In this document: piece by piece, positions 1-12,965 of the stretch | Layout of the letters: each line of letters begins with the position of its first letter | Position numbering within the stretch: position 1 is the first letter of the stretch | Origin: Octopus vulgaris | Taxonomy: Eukaryota | Direction: 5' to 3' | DNA: 64,000 nt | Assembly (NCBI GenBank): GCA_951406725.2 | Contig: OX597830.1 | Location: forward strand, 59,210,001-59,274,000 | The notes under the pieces: model-generated | Told to the model about the DNA's origin: nothing | Databases searched by the model: none | The model's input: only the letters and a program-made list of their open reading frames with translations | Translations under genes and position numbers: made by a program

Positions 1-1286
1 TCCTCGCCTGTTTCCAAGTAAGGTGATATTTGCCACATGGCCAGACATGTTTTCACAGGAGAATATTGGAAATAACCGACACTGCTTGTATGACAGTGAC
101 ACTCATTTACATCTGTCATGCAATGCCAAGGCAAGGAGACACAGACAAAAACATTCACACACACAACTTCCATCAATCGAATCCATTCACAAGGCTTTTG
201 GTCAGCCAAAACTATAGTACAAGACACTTTCCCATGGTGCCATGCAGTGGGACTGAACTCAGAACCATGTGGTTGGGAAACTGACTTCTCAATCACACAG
301 CCACAGCTGTGTCCTATGCATGCAATAAATCAAGCAAGTTTTTTTCAGTTCTCATCTACCCTATTTCACTCAAGGTTTTCGTTGTCTCAAATCTGTGATA
401 CACTACAACATACAGGGCTTGAACCTAGAACCATGTTGTGGTGATATAAACTTCTTAACTACATACATTTATGCTTGTTTGAAATCTAAAATTAGAAATG
501 TCTTTCTATTTTTGTACTTTTGTACTTTTTCAACCTGAAATTTTTTCTCAAGTCAGTAATGACGGGGGGGGGTATGCATGCAAGTCTTTTGAGCTATCAT
601 AATAATGTTGTACACTTCAATCATACGTCTGGCACAACATATCTGAAAAACCAGAATGGTACTATACTGCATTACATAGAATGGGAATTTTTAAGATTTG
701 GGTTCTAAAATTTTTGACTGGTACAAATATGTAGCAGCCAGGCTGAAAGGGTTAAGGAATATTCTCATCTTAAAACAAAAGTGTTTTCAATAAATTATGA
801 ACTTTAATCAACCATCTAAAACAACCTATTTTAGATTAACTGATCTGGATAATAACATTCTTTAAGCAGCCAGCCTCTAATACAGTCCTTTGCTATAACT
901 CTTGGAGTGGTTGGCATTAGGAATGGCATCTGGCTATAGAAACTTTGCCAGATCAGATTGGAGCCTGGTGTACCCTTCTGGCTTGCCAGCCCGCAGTCAA
1001 AGCGTCCAACCCATGCCAGAATGGAAAGCAATGATGACAACATGCTAACTTTTTGCCTGTCTGAAGCACTTTTGTAAGGGCCTTCTAGATATCCATGCTT
1101 GTTTTCAGACTTTTAATGAGCTTCTGTTTCATATGAAGCTTTCCTTTCATAGGTCCCAAATTACTCCAGTCATTGAAAACAATTGGGAGTGTTGTATCAT
1201 ATGATGCACGGACTCCTGGAAAATATGAACCACATGGAATACAAAAGACAGGCAAAGGTTTAATACAATAATTAAGATTTTATTTG

Positions 1287-1962
1287 ACGACTGCGCTGGT
1301 ATGGTCATGTGTTACATATGGATGAGGACAGCTATGTGAGGAAGTGCCACACTCTAACTATGGAAGGAACCTGTGGAAGAAGCAGACCCGAGAAGATATG
1401 GAATGAGGTGCTGAAACATGACCTTCGAACATTGAGCCTCAGAGAGATAATGACAGGAGACTGAGTCCTTTGGAGATATGCTGTGATTGAGAAGACCTGG
1501 CAACTAAAGTGAGATCGCAGCCATGAATGTCCGGCCCAGTTAAGAGTACCCCTGATGCATGGGGTGATATGATATGCTTGAGAAGACCTGTTGAGTCAAG
1601 TGAAACCAATATCATAGCTGTAGCTGGTGTCCCTTGACTGGTTCCCATGCCAGTGGCACATAAAAAGCACTATCCAAATGTGGCCAATGCCAGTACCCGC
1701 TAACTAGGCCCAATGCCGGTGGCATGTAAAAAGCACTCTCTGAACATGATTGATGCCAGGCCTGCTTGACTGGCTCCTGTGCCAGTGGCACATAAAAACC
1801 ACCCACTACACTCTTGGAGTGGTTGGTGTTAGGAAGGGCATCCAGCTGTAGAAACACTGCCAGATCAGATTCGAACCGGGTGCAGCTGCCTGGCTTGCCA
1901 GTTCTTGGTCAAACTGTCAAATCCATGCCAGCATGAAAAACGGACATTAGCAATGATGATGA
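1287..1962 (+). mobile_element. 5'-truncated RTE-clade LINE (ORF C-terminus, 3' UTR and (GAT)n tail)
   Basis: Translates as RRLRWYGHVLHMDEDSYVRKCHTLTMEGTCGRSRPEKIWNEVLKHDL, the RRLRWxGHV...GRP..W pattern of RTE C-termini, with a later stop. The 3' UTR GGAGTGGTTGG..AGGAAGGGCATCCAGCTGTAGAAAC..GATGATGAT recurs many times in the window. Confidence 0.8.
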
Positions 1963-2638
1963 TTGACCAACACAAGACTAGTCGAGACTAGTTACTAACA
2001 ATGTTTGCAAACAGCAAAATACCAGAGATACCAGATTAAAAATTGCTTTAGAATTTAGCCATATCTTTCAACAATGTCGGGTTGAAATCCCACTGAGACA
2101 CTATCTTTTCCTTCAAGCACAATAAAATGATATTCAAAAGTTCATTTAATTATCTATTAACTCTAACTTTAAAACATTGGGTTTCTTGCCTTAGATATTA
2201 ACAATGGCCCACTTTTCGATATTTTATTTAAAATACAATATTGATGGCAGTGGGTCATTATAGTCAAAATGGCTGCAGCCAGTTATAAAGAGTAATAAAA
2301 ATAATATTATCTTTGGAAACCCATCATGGTTTAGACATGTCTGCTGCCATTCACCACTTATGAGATCCAAGTTTTAACTGTTCCTTCTTAAATCTATCAA
2401 CTGCATTTATCATCGATGTACAGCATAGTTTCCCCTTTTTTTGCTTACTCTTCATGTACATCTCAACCAACACCATTTCATTTGCACATATCAACATCTT
2501 TGACACTCACCACAATTCTAATTCATTCACATTTAACATTCCTTATAAATTAATCCTAAGTCAAGGGGTCTCAAATGAGGTTCATATAACCTTTAGGGGA
2601 CCGTATAAGATTTTGTTAAATACGCAAAATATTTAAAA

Positions 2639-2796
2639 GCGCAGGAGTGGCTGTGATAAGTAGCTTGCTTATGAACCACATGGTCCTGGGTTTGGTCCCA
2701 CTCTGTGGCACCTTGGGCAAGTGTTGTCTACTATAGCCTCAGGCTGACCAAAGCCTTGTGAGTGGATTTAGTAGATGGAAACTGAAAGAAGCCCAT

Positions 2797-2829
<33 letters not shown>

Positions 2830-3030
2830 GTTTGTATGTGTCACTTCCACAATCACTTGACAACCGATGTTAGAGTGTTTACATCCCCGTAACTTAGCAG
2901 TTCAGCAAAAGACAGATAGAATAATTACTAGGCTTACAAAGAATAAGCCCTGGGGTCAATTTGCTCAACTAAAGGTGGTGCTCCAGCATGGCTGCAGTCA
3001 AATGACTGAAACAAATAAAAGAATAAAGAA
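2639..3030 (+). mobile_element. SINE family A (tRNA head, CORE-like GCACCTTGGGCAAG segment, central microsatellite, 3' tail), CpG-decayed, inside a degenerate hAT-like MITE (~2562-3179)
   Basis: A-box/B-box-like head GGAGTGGCTGTG..GGGTTTGGTCCC and tail CCAGCATGGCTGCAGTCAAATGACTGAAAC, shared with about 20 other copies in the window. Confidence 0.85.
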
Positions 3031-4220
3031 AAAAATGAACTTTGCCATACATTTCCTAATATTTAATTATAAAAATGCCATAGGAGTTTTTTAATCGTTG
3101 GATGGCAATGGGGATCCAGTACAGCATGATAGGAAACAAAAGGGTCCATAGGTGAAAAAGAAATGGTTGAGAACCACAGCATTAAACATTCTTTTCTAAA
3201 TGTTGAAGAACTGCAGACATTGGTCATAAACCTCACTGCATGCCATTATTCATTCTCTGCAGTCTGGCCACACTTCACTACATACATGCTGGTGGCACGT
3301 AAAAAGCACCTAAGAACACTCTCGGAGTGGTTGGCATTAGGAAGGGCATCCAGCTGTAGAAACACTGCCAGATCAGATTCGAACCGGGTGCAGCTGCCTG
3401 GCTTGCCAGTTCTTGGTCAAACTGTCAAATCCCATGCCAGCATGAAAAACGGACATTAGCGATGATGATGATTGACCAACACAAGACTAGTCGAGACTAG
3501 TTACTAACAATGTTTGCAAACAGCAAAATACCAGAGATACCAGATTAAAAATTGCTGCCCATATTTCACAATATGCATCATGCTCTATACTTGCCATACA
3601 TATTTCACAGCCATCAATGCTTTTTGCAAACTTCTTTTCTTTATTTAGAGACTGAAACGTTTTGTTCTCAACAGTTTTACACCAAAATAACCTTACGTAC
3701 CAAAATAAATATACTAGCGTTATATAAAACTCCAGCTCTAATTATATAAGTCAGGTACCAACACTTTACTTCTCTTAAGCTATTCAAGCAATCCAAGGTC
3801 ATCATTTGTGACTCATTTGGCAGCTTCTTTTACTCCAGGGAATTTATTGCATCTACAGTTTGTTTCATTGTCTGTGTATTAATTTACAAATATTGTTATT
3901 CTGAGTACTTATTGCTCTCTGTGATTACACTATGAAGTTCCTGTCCGATTCCTTTCCTACACTAGGCACAAGGCCAGCCACATGATACTGTTGGTATCTC
4001 ATAGTGCTTTAGTCTTGGCTAGCCTAGCATTACTAAAATATTGGTTTAATGAACATAGGCGCAGGAGTGGCTGTGTGGTAAGTAGCTTGTTTACCAGCCA
4101 CATGGTTCCGGGTTCAGTCCCACTGCGTGGCACCTTGGGCAAGTGTCTTCTGCCACAGCCCCAGGCTGACCAATGCCTTGAGTGGATTTGGTAGACAGAA
4201 ACTGAAAGAAGCCTGTCGTA

Positions 4221-4260
<40 letters not shown>

Positions 4261-4264
<4 letters not shown>

Positions 4265-5043
4265 TTCTATCTCCCTTACAGGGCTGATTAGAAATTGGCT
4301 GCCCGTTCTTCGCGGGGTTTCTCTCCCCCTCTTTTTACATTGTCTGTCTGGACTCCTCTTCCTACTCCTCGACATGGCCATGCATACTTAAGCTAGTAAC
4401 CTGCCTCACTCTTGATTCCGAACTCCTTTGCCAAGTCTGTCCGTAAGCGAAGTGATCCCAAGATAAGAAATCTTTGAACTTTAATTCATCCGTATCTCTA
4501 TTTATTATTATTATTTATTAATTATTATTATTCTGATCCCCCTAGTCGCCACTCTGTTTACTATTTCAGCCTCGCCTCGTTTTTGCATATTCTGTATAAT
4601 TCACTAGTTATCGTTATAGATATTTAGGTTCTATCTCCCTTACAGGGCTGATTAGAAATTGGCTGCCCGTTCTTCGCGGGGTTTCTCTCCCCCTCTTTTT
4701 ACATTGTCTGTCTGGACTCCTCTTCCTACTCCTCGACATGGCCATGCATACTTAAGCTAGTAACCTGCCTCACTCTTGATTCCGAACTCCTTTTGCCAAG
4801 TCTGTCCGTAAGCGAAGTGATCCCAAGATAAGAAATCTTTGAACTTTAATTCATCCGTATCTCTATTTATTATTATTATTTATTAATTATTATTATTCTG
4901 ATCCCCCTAGTCGCCACTCTGTTTACTATTTCAGCCTCGCCTCGTTTTTGCATATTCTGTATAATTCACTAGTTATCGTTATAGATATTTAGGTTCTATC
5001 TCCCTTACAGGGCTGATTAGAAATTGGCTGCCCGTTCTTCGCG
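4261..5043. repeat. Tandem repeat, 364/365-bp unit, two full copies plus a ~54-bp partial copy
   Basis: TAGGTTCTATCTCCCTTACAGGGCTG starts at 4261, 4625 and 4990; the copies are nearly identical. Confidence 0.95.
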
Positions 5044-5120
5044 GCGCGCCCGCCCTCCCACCCCCACCACCAATACCGGATATCTCTATTTTGCTCCAAC
5101 TATACCGGATGTCGTTTCTC

Positions 5121-5593
5121 CCACCATTATAGGTGTCTACTCTTTGAACCCCTCTCTTCAATACGCTATTTCACCATGCATTACCCCTCTCTCGATATCC
5201 TACGTTCTACTTGCCTAGAACCTGTCCTCTGAACCACCCCTCCCACTGGTGCTCCCCCATATTTCTGCACCCCCCCCCACCACCATTATAGGTGTCTACT
5301 CTTTGAACCCCCCTCTTCAATACGCTATTTCACCATGCATTACCCCTCTCTCGATATCCTACGTTCTACTTGCCTAGAACCTGTCCTCTGAACCACCCCT
5401 CCCGCTGGTGCTCCCCTATATTTCTGCACCCCCACCACCACCATTATAGGTGTCTACTCTTTGAACCCCCTCTTCAATACGCTATTTCACCATGCATTAC
5501 CCCTCTCTCGATATCCTACGTTCTACTTGCCTATTACCTGTCCTCTGAACCACCCCTCCCACTGGTGCTCCCCTATATTTCTGCACCCCCCCA
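5121..5593. repeat. Tandem repeat, ~158-bp unit x3, followed by a ~24-nt poly(A)
   Basis: CCACCATTATAGGTGTCTACTCTTTGAACCC starts at 5121, 5280 and 5438; A-run at ~5594-5617. Confidence 0.93.
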
Positions 5594-5617
5594 TAAAAAA
5601 AAAAAAAAAAAAAAAAG

Positions 5618-5858
5618 CACCATCCGAACGTGGCCGATGCCAGACCCCTCTGGCACCTGTGCAGGTGGCACGTAAAAAACACCCACTACACACGCGGAGT
5701 GGTTGGCGTTAGGAAGGGCATCCAGCTGTAGAAACACTGCCAGACTAGACTGGAGCCTGGGGCAGTCCCGAGCTCTCCAGACCCCGGTCGAAACCGTCCA
5801 ACCCGTGCTAGCGCGGAAAACGGACGTTAAACGATGATGATGATGATGATGATGATGA
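5618..5858 (+). mobile_element. RTE 3' UTR fragment with (GAT)n tail
   Basis: Matches the ends of 1287-1962 and 40705-41315; ends CGGACGTTAAACGATGATGAT. Confidence 0.8.
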
Positions 5859-6329
5859 TATATATATATATATATATATGTATGTGTCTGTGTTTGTCCC
5901 CCTAGCATTGCTTGACAACCGATGCTGGTGTGTTTATGTCCCCGTTACCTAGCGGTTCGGCAAAAGAGACCGATAGAATAAGTACTGGGCTTACAAAAGA
6001 ATAAGTCCTGGGGTCGATTTGCTCTACTAAAGGCAGTGCAGTGCTCCAGCATGGCCGCAGTCAAATGACTGAAACAAGTAAAAGAGTAAGAGTATGCACA
6101 AGGCCAGCCACATGATACTGTTGGTATCTCATAGTGCTTTAGTCTTGGCTAGCCTAGCATTACTAAAATATCGGTTTAATGAACATAGTTTTATTGAAGG
6201 TACACAATTAGAAAAAGCCAACACTTACGGGGTAACATGATATTACTAAATTGTGCACCCTTTAGAAAACTATTCTCCGTCCCTCAATCTGCTCTGCTAT
6301 AACTCTAGAACATTCTGCATATTTTAAAT

Positions 6330-6725
6330 TACTCTTTTACTTGTTTCAGTCATTTGACTGCGGCCATGCTGGAGCACCGCCTTTAATCGAGCAACTCGAC
6401 CCCGGGACTTATTCTTTGAAAGCCCAGTACTTATTCTATCAGTCTCTTTTGCCGAACTGCTAAGTAACGGGGACATAAACACACCAGCATCAGTTGTCAA
6501 GCAATGCTAGGGGGACAAACACAGACACACAAACACACACACGCATATATATATATATATATACGACGGGCTTCTTTCAGTTTCCGTCTACCAAATCCAC
6601 TCACAAAGCTTTGGTCGACCTGAGGTTATAGTAGAAGACACTTGCCCAAGGTGCCACGCAGTGGGACTGAACCCGGAACCATGTGGCTGGTAAACAAGCT
6701 ACTTACCACACAGCAACTCCTGCGC
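6330..6725 (-). mobile_element. SINE-A, full-length young copy
   Basis: Reverse complement of the family A head, microsatellite and tail; CpGs mostly retained. Confidence 0.9.
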
Positions 6726-6924
6726 TATGAATTAATTTATGATAACAATTATCTACTAATAAGACAGCATTAAAATAGTTGATAATACAATCACTTTCAT
6801 GAAGAATCTAGAATTACCAACTTTTGCAAAACATCAAATTCAGTCATTTAAAATAGGAATAACTATAATGGTTTTGAAAGTCTCAGACCAACAAAGACTA
6901 CAATTATAATTTTTTTTTTTACAT

Positions 6925-7250
6925 GGCATTCTGTCAGTTACGACAAGGATTCCAGTTCATCCGATCAATGGAACAGACTGCATGCAAAATTAATGTGCAA
7001 GTAGCTGAGCACTCCACAGACATGTGTATCCTTAATGTAGTTCTGGGGGAGATTCAGTGTGAAATACAGGTACAACAGAAACAGGGAGAAAGTTGTGGTG
7101 AAAATGTACAGCAGGGTTCACTACCACTCCCTGCCAGAGCCTCTTGGAGCTTTAAGTGTTTTCACTCAATAAACATTCACAACGTCCGGTCTGGGAATCG
7201 AAACCGTGATCCTATGGCCGTGAGTGAACTGCCCTAACCACTGGGCCATT
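6925..7250 (-). mobile_element. SINE family C (tRNA head), CpG-decayed
   Basis: Homologous to 29140-29520 and 43780-44135; head TGGCCCAGTGGTTAGGG..GGTTTCGATTCCC on the minus strand. Confidence 0.8.
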
Positions 7251-7345
7251 GCTTTAAAATAATTAAACTACAGAAGCAAATATAAATGTTACTAAATAAT
7301 GATTTTCATAACATGAAAACACAAAAGTTATTTGTTTAAACATAC

Positions 7346-7404
7346 CATCTCCAGCTGCTTCAAAAGCAACAGAGTATAACAAGAGAAAACACAGCTTTTC
7401 ATTT
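7346..7404 (-). other. Candidate 59-nt exon
   Basis: Minus strand reads cttgttatttag|AAATGAAAAGC..GGAGATG|gtatgt. Open in two frames (MKSCVFSCYTLLLLKQLEM or NEKLCFLLLYSVAFEAAGD). No homology recognised. Confidence 0.25.
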
Positions 7405-8719
7405 CTAAATAACAAGGCCTTTTGACAGTACAATATGAGCCAATATGAGGCCGTAGTCAGACAGTCTTCAAGAAATAGCAGCCAAATCTCCCTCAAACCA
7501 CACTCTTAGAAAATGAATGACACACTGGATAACATAAAGAAGATGAAATAGATGGTGAGGTGCCCATTTGACCCTACAAAGCTCAAACTAAGTAGAAATG
7601 GGTGGGGAGGTTTGCAAGAATGTAAGGGAAGGAGAATGAGGGAAGGGGAGGGAGAGTGCCAAAATGGGTAGGGTTGAAGGGTGGATGAACAAGAACCATA
7701 GAACCATGAATGAACTGCGGTCAGCAAGAAGCAAGTTTATAGGGGAAAATAGAGGCAGGGAGAGAACAGTAAGAAGGGTTGCAAGACTTAATAATTGATT
7801 TGGTAATTCACATGAGAGTAGTATCTGAGGTGGGAGACAAAATGGATAACAAAGGGAAAAGTGGGTGAACTGAGTGAACCTGGGCAAAGTGATGGGCAAT
7901 TTATGAGATTAGAAGCTATGGTAGTAAATGTAGAAGAAACAGAATGAAGAAACGGGTCTGTGAACCAGTGTGCACGTGTCTTTGCTAATCAGCCAATGGC
8001 CTTCAGGATAGAGCGTCTGTGACACTGGTTCAGACATTATGGGGCTAGCCTAGCATCAGTGCCACTCTGGGGATGGTTTTATGTATGCTACATTTGTGAA
8101 CAAGTCTGCTACAAGGATTTCCTTAATGTGTTGGATTTTTTTCTTTTTTTTTTTTTTTTGATGCTGTTGGAGTAGCAATAGGCACAGGCATGGCTGTGGG
8201 GTAAGAAGTTAGCTTCCCAACCACATGGTTCTGGGTTCAGTCCCATTGTGTGGCACTTTTAAGCAAGTGTCTTCTACTGTAGCTGCAGGCCCACCAAAGC
8301 ATTGGGAGTGGATTTGGTAGATGGAAACTGAAAGAAGCCTGTCTTACAGACACACACACACACACACACATATATATCATCATCATCATTTAGTGTCTGT
8401 TGTCCATGCTGGAAGGCTGAACCAGACTTGATTCCATTGGCATGGATGCCATTTGCATGGCACCAGTATCTGCCATGAATACAATTTCACTTGGCTTGAT
8501 GGGGCTTCTTCTCATGCAGGACAATGCCAAAGGTCTCGGTCATTGCCTCCATGGGGCCCAACACTCAAAAGGAAGTTTTCATGTGCCACCAGCATCGGCC
8601 ACTTTGCCGATGCAAGGCCCAATGCTCAAAAGGTGCTTTTTACATCTTTACATGTCACTGGCACAGGTGCCAGTTACGTGACATATGTACATAAATATAT
8701 ATGTAAACACACACACACA

Positions 8720-8757
<38 letters not shown>

Positions 8758-8848
8758 CCTGTCTCCTCGCCTTGACTCCAGGTGATAGTTGTAAATGAAT
8801 GTCACAATCATGTAAGCAGAGTGATATTCTTTGAGGATTATTACCATA

Positions 8849-9258
8849 GGCATAGGAGTGGCTGTGCGGTAAGAAGCTTTCTTACCAACCACATGGTTCC
8901 AGGTTCAGTCCCACAGCATGGCACCTTGGACAAGTGTTGTCAACTATAGCCTCGGGCCAACTAAAGCCTTGTGAGTGGATTTGGTAGACGAAAACTGAAA
9001 GAAGCCCATCGTATACATGTATATATATATATGTGTATGTGTGTGTGTGTGTGTGTGTTTGTCCCCCAACATCGCTTGACAACCGGTGCTGGTGTGTTTA
9101 CGTCCCCCGTAACTTAGCAGTTCAGCAAAAGAGACCGATAGAATAAGTACTAGGCTTAGAAAGAATACGTCCTGGGGTCGATTTGCTCAACTAAAAAAGG
9201 CGGTGCTCCAGCGTGGCCACAGTCAAATGACCGAAACAAGTAAAAGAGTGAAAGAGTA
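8849..9258 (+). mobile_element. SINE-A, full-length
   Basis: Family A head, (TA)(TG) middle and tail are all present. Confidence 0.9.
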
Positions 9259-9702
9259 ATACTTGGAATTGAGGGTTGGAAACTAGATGAGCCCCTGGCT
9301 GTGGAAAATCTGCCCCAACAGATTCCATCTGAGCCATGCAAGCATGGAAAAGGGGACATCAAGTGATGATGGTGGTGATTGGTGTTGTGAACGGACAACA
9401 CCTGTTTACAGGAGATTAGGGAGTTATGAGGGAGTGCCAGTACCACTTAGAAAGCATTGAGTTCCCTCTGTAAAGTGGTTGGCATTAAAAAGGGCATCCA
9501 GCCTGAAAAACCATACAAAAATAGACAATTGGAATATGGTGCAGTTCTCTGGCTTGCCAGCTCCTGTTAAACCGTCCAACCCATACCAGCATCGAAAACA
9601 TACATATGATAATGACGATGATGACAATGAAGTGTGTATGCAATTATAACAACTGGTATGTGGATGCACAAAGTGAGAAATTAGAAAAATTACCATTTTT
9701 AA

Positions 9703-9923
9703 CCCTTTAGCGTTCAGATTAATTTGGCAAAAATAATCCTTATTTATTCACATTTTAAAAAAATTTATCTGATATTATTTTGTAGTTTAAAGATAGGAAA
9801 GATGTAATTGCTTATTTTTAGAATGACATTGCAGGGTAGGTGTGAGATGCTGGTTCTGGCCAGTTTGAGTATAAAATGTGTAGAATATTCGGGCTGGATA
9901 CAGCCGGTTTAAACACTAAAGGG
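9703..9923. mobile_element. piggyBac-like MITE
   Basis: TTAA|CCCTTTAGCGTT ... AACACTAAAGGG|TTAA: CCC-starting TIRs and a TTAA TSD. Confidence 0.8.
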
Positions 9924-10345
9924 TTAAATCTCACAACAAGAGATATTCAGCAACAGTACTTTGGAGTAAAGATTATTTGCCAACATAACATGTCTCCAGC
10001 CGGCCTATATTGTTTTGAGCTGAGTGCCAGGGTGCTAGATTCCCTTGTTTGAAAATATGACACAGATCGTGTTGTAGCCTGTTGGAGGCAATGTTTCCTG
10101 GGGCTAAATTACAGCAACATTCATTCTAAACCAGGACAGCCATGTTATGTTGGCAAATTATCTTTGTTCCAAAGTGAGAACCGTTTGAAACACAAGATAA
10201 TATACCAGAATCAGTATGTGAGTTAGAGAAACAGTGTTAGCCCATGTTATAATAGGTCAACCTAAACACAGAGGAGTGAGGAAATAAATGGAGCAGATAG
10301 GCAGGTAGCTTAATAAGATGGTTCTCAATATCAGGTACTTTTGAA

Positions 10346-10560
10346 GGCAGCAAGCTGGCAGAGATGTTAGCAAGCTGGGCGAAATGCTTAGCAGTATTTC
10401 TTCTGTCCTTACGTTCTGAGTTCAAATTCCTCCAAGGTTGACTTTGCCTTTCATCCTTTCGGAGTCGATAAATTAAGTATCAAGTTATGTACTGGGGTCG
10501 ATCTAATTGACTGGCCCCCTCCCCCAAAATTTCAGCCCTTGTGCCTAGAGTAGAAAAGAA
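10346..10560 (+). mobile_element. SINE family B (tRNA-like head plus Deu/Nin-like segment)
   Basis: GAGTTCAAATTCC B-box and GACTTTGCCTTTCATCCTTTCGGAGTCGATAAATTAAGTA. Related copies at ~11720, 21530-21950, 23954, 26636, 34405, 42625, 47312 and 63380. Confidence 0.8.
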
Positions 10561-10669
10561 TACCAGATACTTTTGAAGAGCTTGCTTTTGAAGAAGTATT
10601 CAAAAGCCAGAAAGCCAGTTTCTGGAAAATAAGGCCTTATGAAATCATATTAGCAGTTACTGCTTAGAT

Positions 10670-10873
10670 CAGTGATTCCCAACATTTTTGCCCTCATGAC
10701 CCCTTATCCAAAAGCTTGAAACCCACACGACCCTCTACTATCAGAGGCGCATAAAAAAATGTGATTAAGGAGTTGAAGTTAATATTATCCCAAGCCACTT
10801 CTAGCTATAAGACCCCACTGCCAAGGCTATGCGACCTTCCAGGGAGTCAGGAACCACTGGTTGGGAACCCCTG
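10670..10873. mobile_element. hAT (Charlie-like) MITE
   Basis: TIRs CAGTGATTCCCAAC / GTTGGGAACCCCTG; 8-bp TSD GCTTAGAT / GCTTAGGT with central TA. Confidence 0.85.
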
Positions 10874-11495
10874 GCTTAGGTGGAAGAATGGTAGTTGGTT
10901 GGATGAGAGAAAATTGGCCCTTCTGGGAATGGGATACACCAATGCATATTTCTATGCATTGGGATAGATCATTAAAGAAACAGAAACATTGACCATCATT
11001 ATTTCATATGTTTTTCCATGCTTGCATGGGTTGGAAGGGTCTTGCTCCAACAATTTGCCACTTGCCATCCTTCTGTCACTTTGGTGGGGCTCAACATCTT
11101 GAGATCAGATTTCATTACTTCTTCCTAAGTCTTCCTTTTTCTCACAAGTTCTTTTCATTTTGGCAACTTGGTACTCCTTTACTTATTATCCTTTATATAC
11201 AAATGTCTAGAACAGCGCAATCATCCTCCCTTGTATATGCTACAGCCAATTACTGTAAAACTTAAATTTTCTCTCAAATCATATGTACTCTATTGTTCAG
11301 ACACACTAACATTACATTCTAGCAAGTCATGCTTGCCTCATTTCTCACCAGCCTTTGCACATTTGCTGCATTCAATGTTCTTATTTTACTACCATGCAAT
11401 GAGACACTGAATTTGGTAAAATAGGAAAATAGGAGCCAAACACCACAACAAATGGATTGAGCAAAATGGATCATATAACAAATTCCCCCACTTAA

Positions 11496-11715
11496 CCCTT
11501 TCGCTACCAGCTTGGCTGAAACCGGTTCTGGCTCTGAGTACAAATGTTTTGTTTTCCTAAGTTTTGAATTAAAATCTTCCACCAAACCTTAGTCACAATG
11601 TATGTTCTTAACATTAGATTAATGATAAATAAGTTATTTTACTAAATTCTTTGTTATATCTAGAGTAATTGAAAGAAACACAGAACATCTCAACAGAAAT
11701 ACAGTAACGAAAGGG
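11496..11715. mobile_element. piggyBac-like MITE (second family)
   Basis: TTAA|CCCTTTCGCTAC ... GTAACGAAAGGG|TTAA. Confidence 0.8.
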
Positions 11716-12965
11716 TTAAGGCTGTGAGCTGGCAGAATCCTGAGCACATCAGACAAAATGCTTAGTGGCATTTCATCCATCTTTATGTTCTAGGTTCAAA
11801 TTCTGCCGAGGTCAATTTTGCCTTTCATCCATTCAGGGTCAATAAAACAAGTACCAGTCAAGCATTGAGTGGGTCAATGTAATTGACCAGCTCCCTCCCC
11901 CAAAATTTCAGGCTTTGTGCCTATAGTAGAAAGGAATCCTTTCATTCAACTTGTGGGTCCAAACCATGTAGTTTCAGAGTCAGTCTCACTGTATGGCACT
12001 TTGAGCAAGTGTTGTCTACTTTTAACCTGGGCAAACTAAAGCCTCTGGAGGACAGAAACTGACAGAAGCTTAGTGTGTGTGTGTGTGTTAGTGCCTCTTT
12101 GCCTTGACATCAAGTGAGGTTTGTTAGTGAGTGCCATTGGCATGGTATCATTCATTTTCAATTTTCCATGAAAATATGCTTGGTCCTAAGGAAACCACTT
12201 GCTGAAAATTAAGTGAGGGTTGGTGACAGGAAGGGCATCCATCTTTAGAAAATTTGCCTCAGCGAAATCCCTGTGATTCATGCAAGCATAGAAAAATGAT
12301 GATGAAATAGTGACAAGATTGAGATTAGTTCTGTTATGTGTGTCATCAGCATCATCATCATCATCATCATCAGTTAACGTCTGTTTTCCATGCTGGCATG
12401 GGTTGGACGGTTTAACCGAAAACTGATAAGCTAGGGAGCTGCACCAGATTTCATGGAGATGGAAATATAATGAACAGCAAATATGATGGTTTTATCAGGA
12501 TCAGTTTCATTGTAGGAAGGTTTTTTCAAATAGGGGACCTTCTTAATGAGAGACCAGTTGTTCAGAAGGTGAGAGATTTTGCAGTCTTTACAATGCATGA
12601 AAGCATCTGTTACATTCTTTATATATATGCTTTACAAGTGTATCAGAGGTGGACAAATGCCAATTGACAGGTGATATTGGATCATTTCCTCTACATTTTG
12701 TAAGCAGTATACTTTATCTGCAAAGCTACTGCAATACTGCAACTTGGGAGTTGTGAGCCCTTTTCTGACCAAGAGGTAAGGAAGGGCCATACTTTTGGGG
12801 ATGATTTCAGTCCCTTATTTGATTTCATGCAAACCAGGGATAGGATCTTTGCAATACACACATCTAGAAGCTTTTATCAAATCCACTCATTTACATTTTA
12901 ACAAAAAGGCAATTTGGAAGTAACATTTCTCATACACAAATCTATTATATTTTTTATAGCATATA

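Larger units (their letters stand above)
4059..6095 (+). mobile_element. SINE-A split at its central (TA)n by ~1.6 kb of tandem repeats and an RTE tail; flanked by a 93-bp direct repeat
   Basis: Head at 4059-4260 and tail at ~5880-6092. 3966-4058 matches 6096-6188 with one mismatch. Confidence 0.85.
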
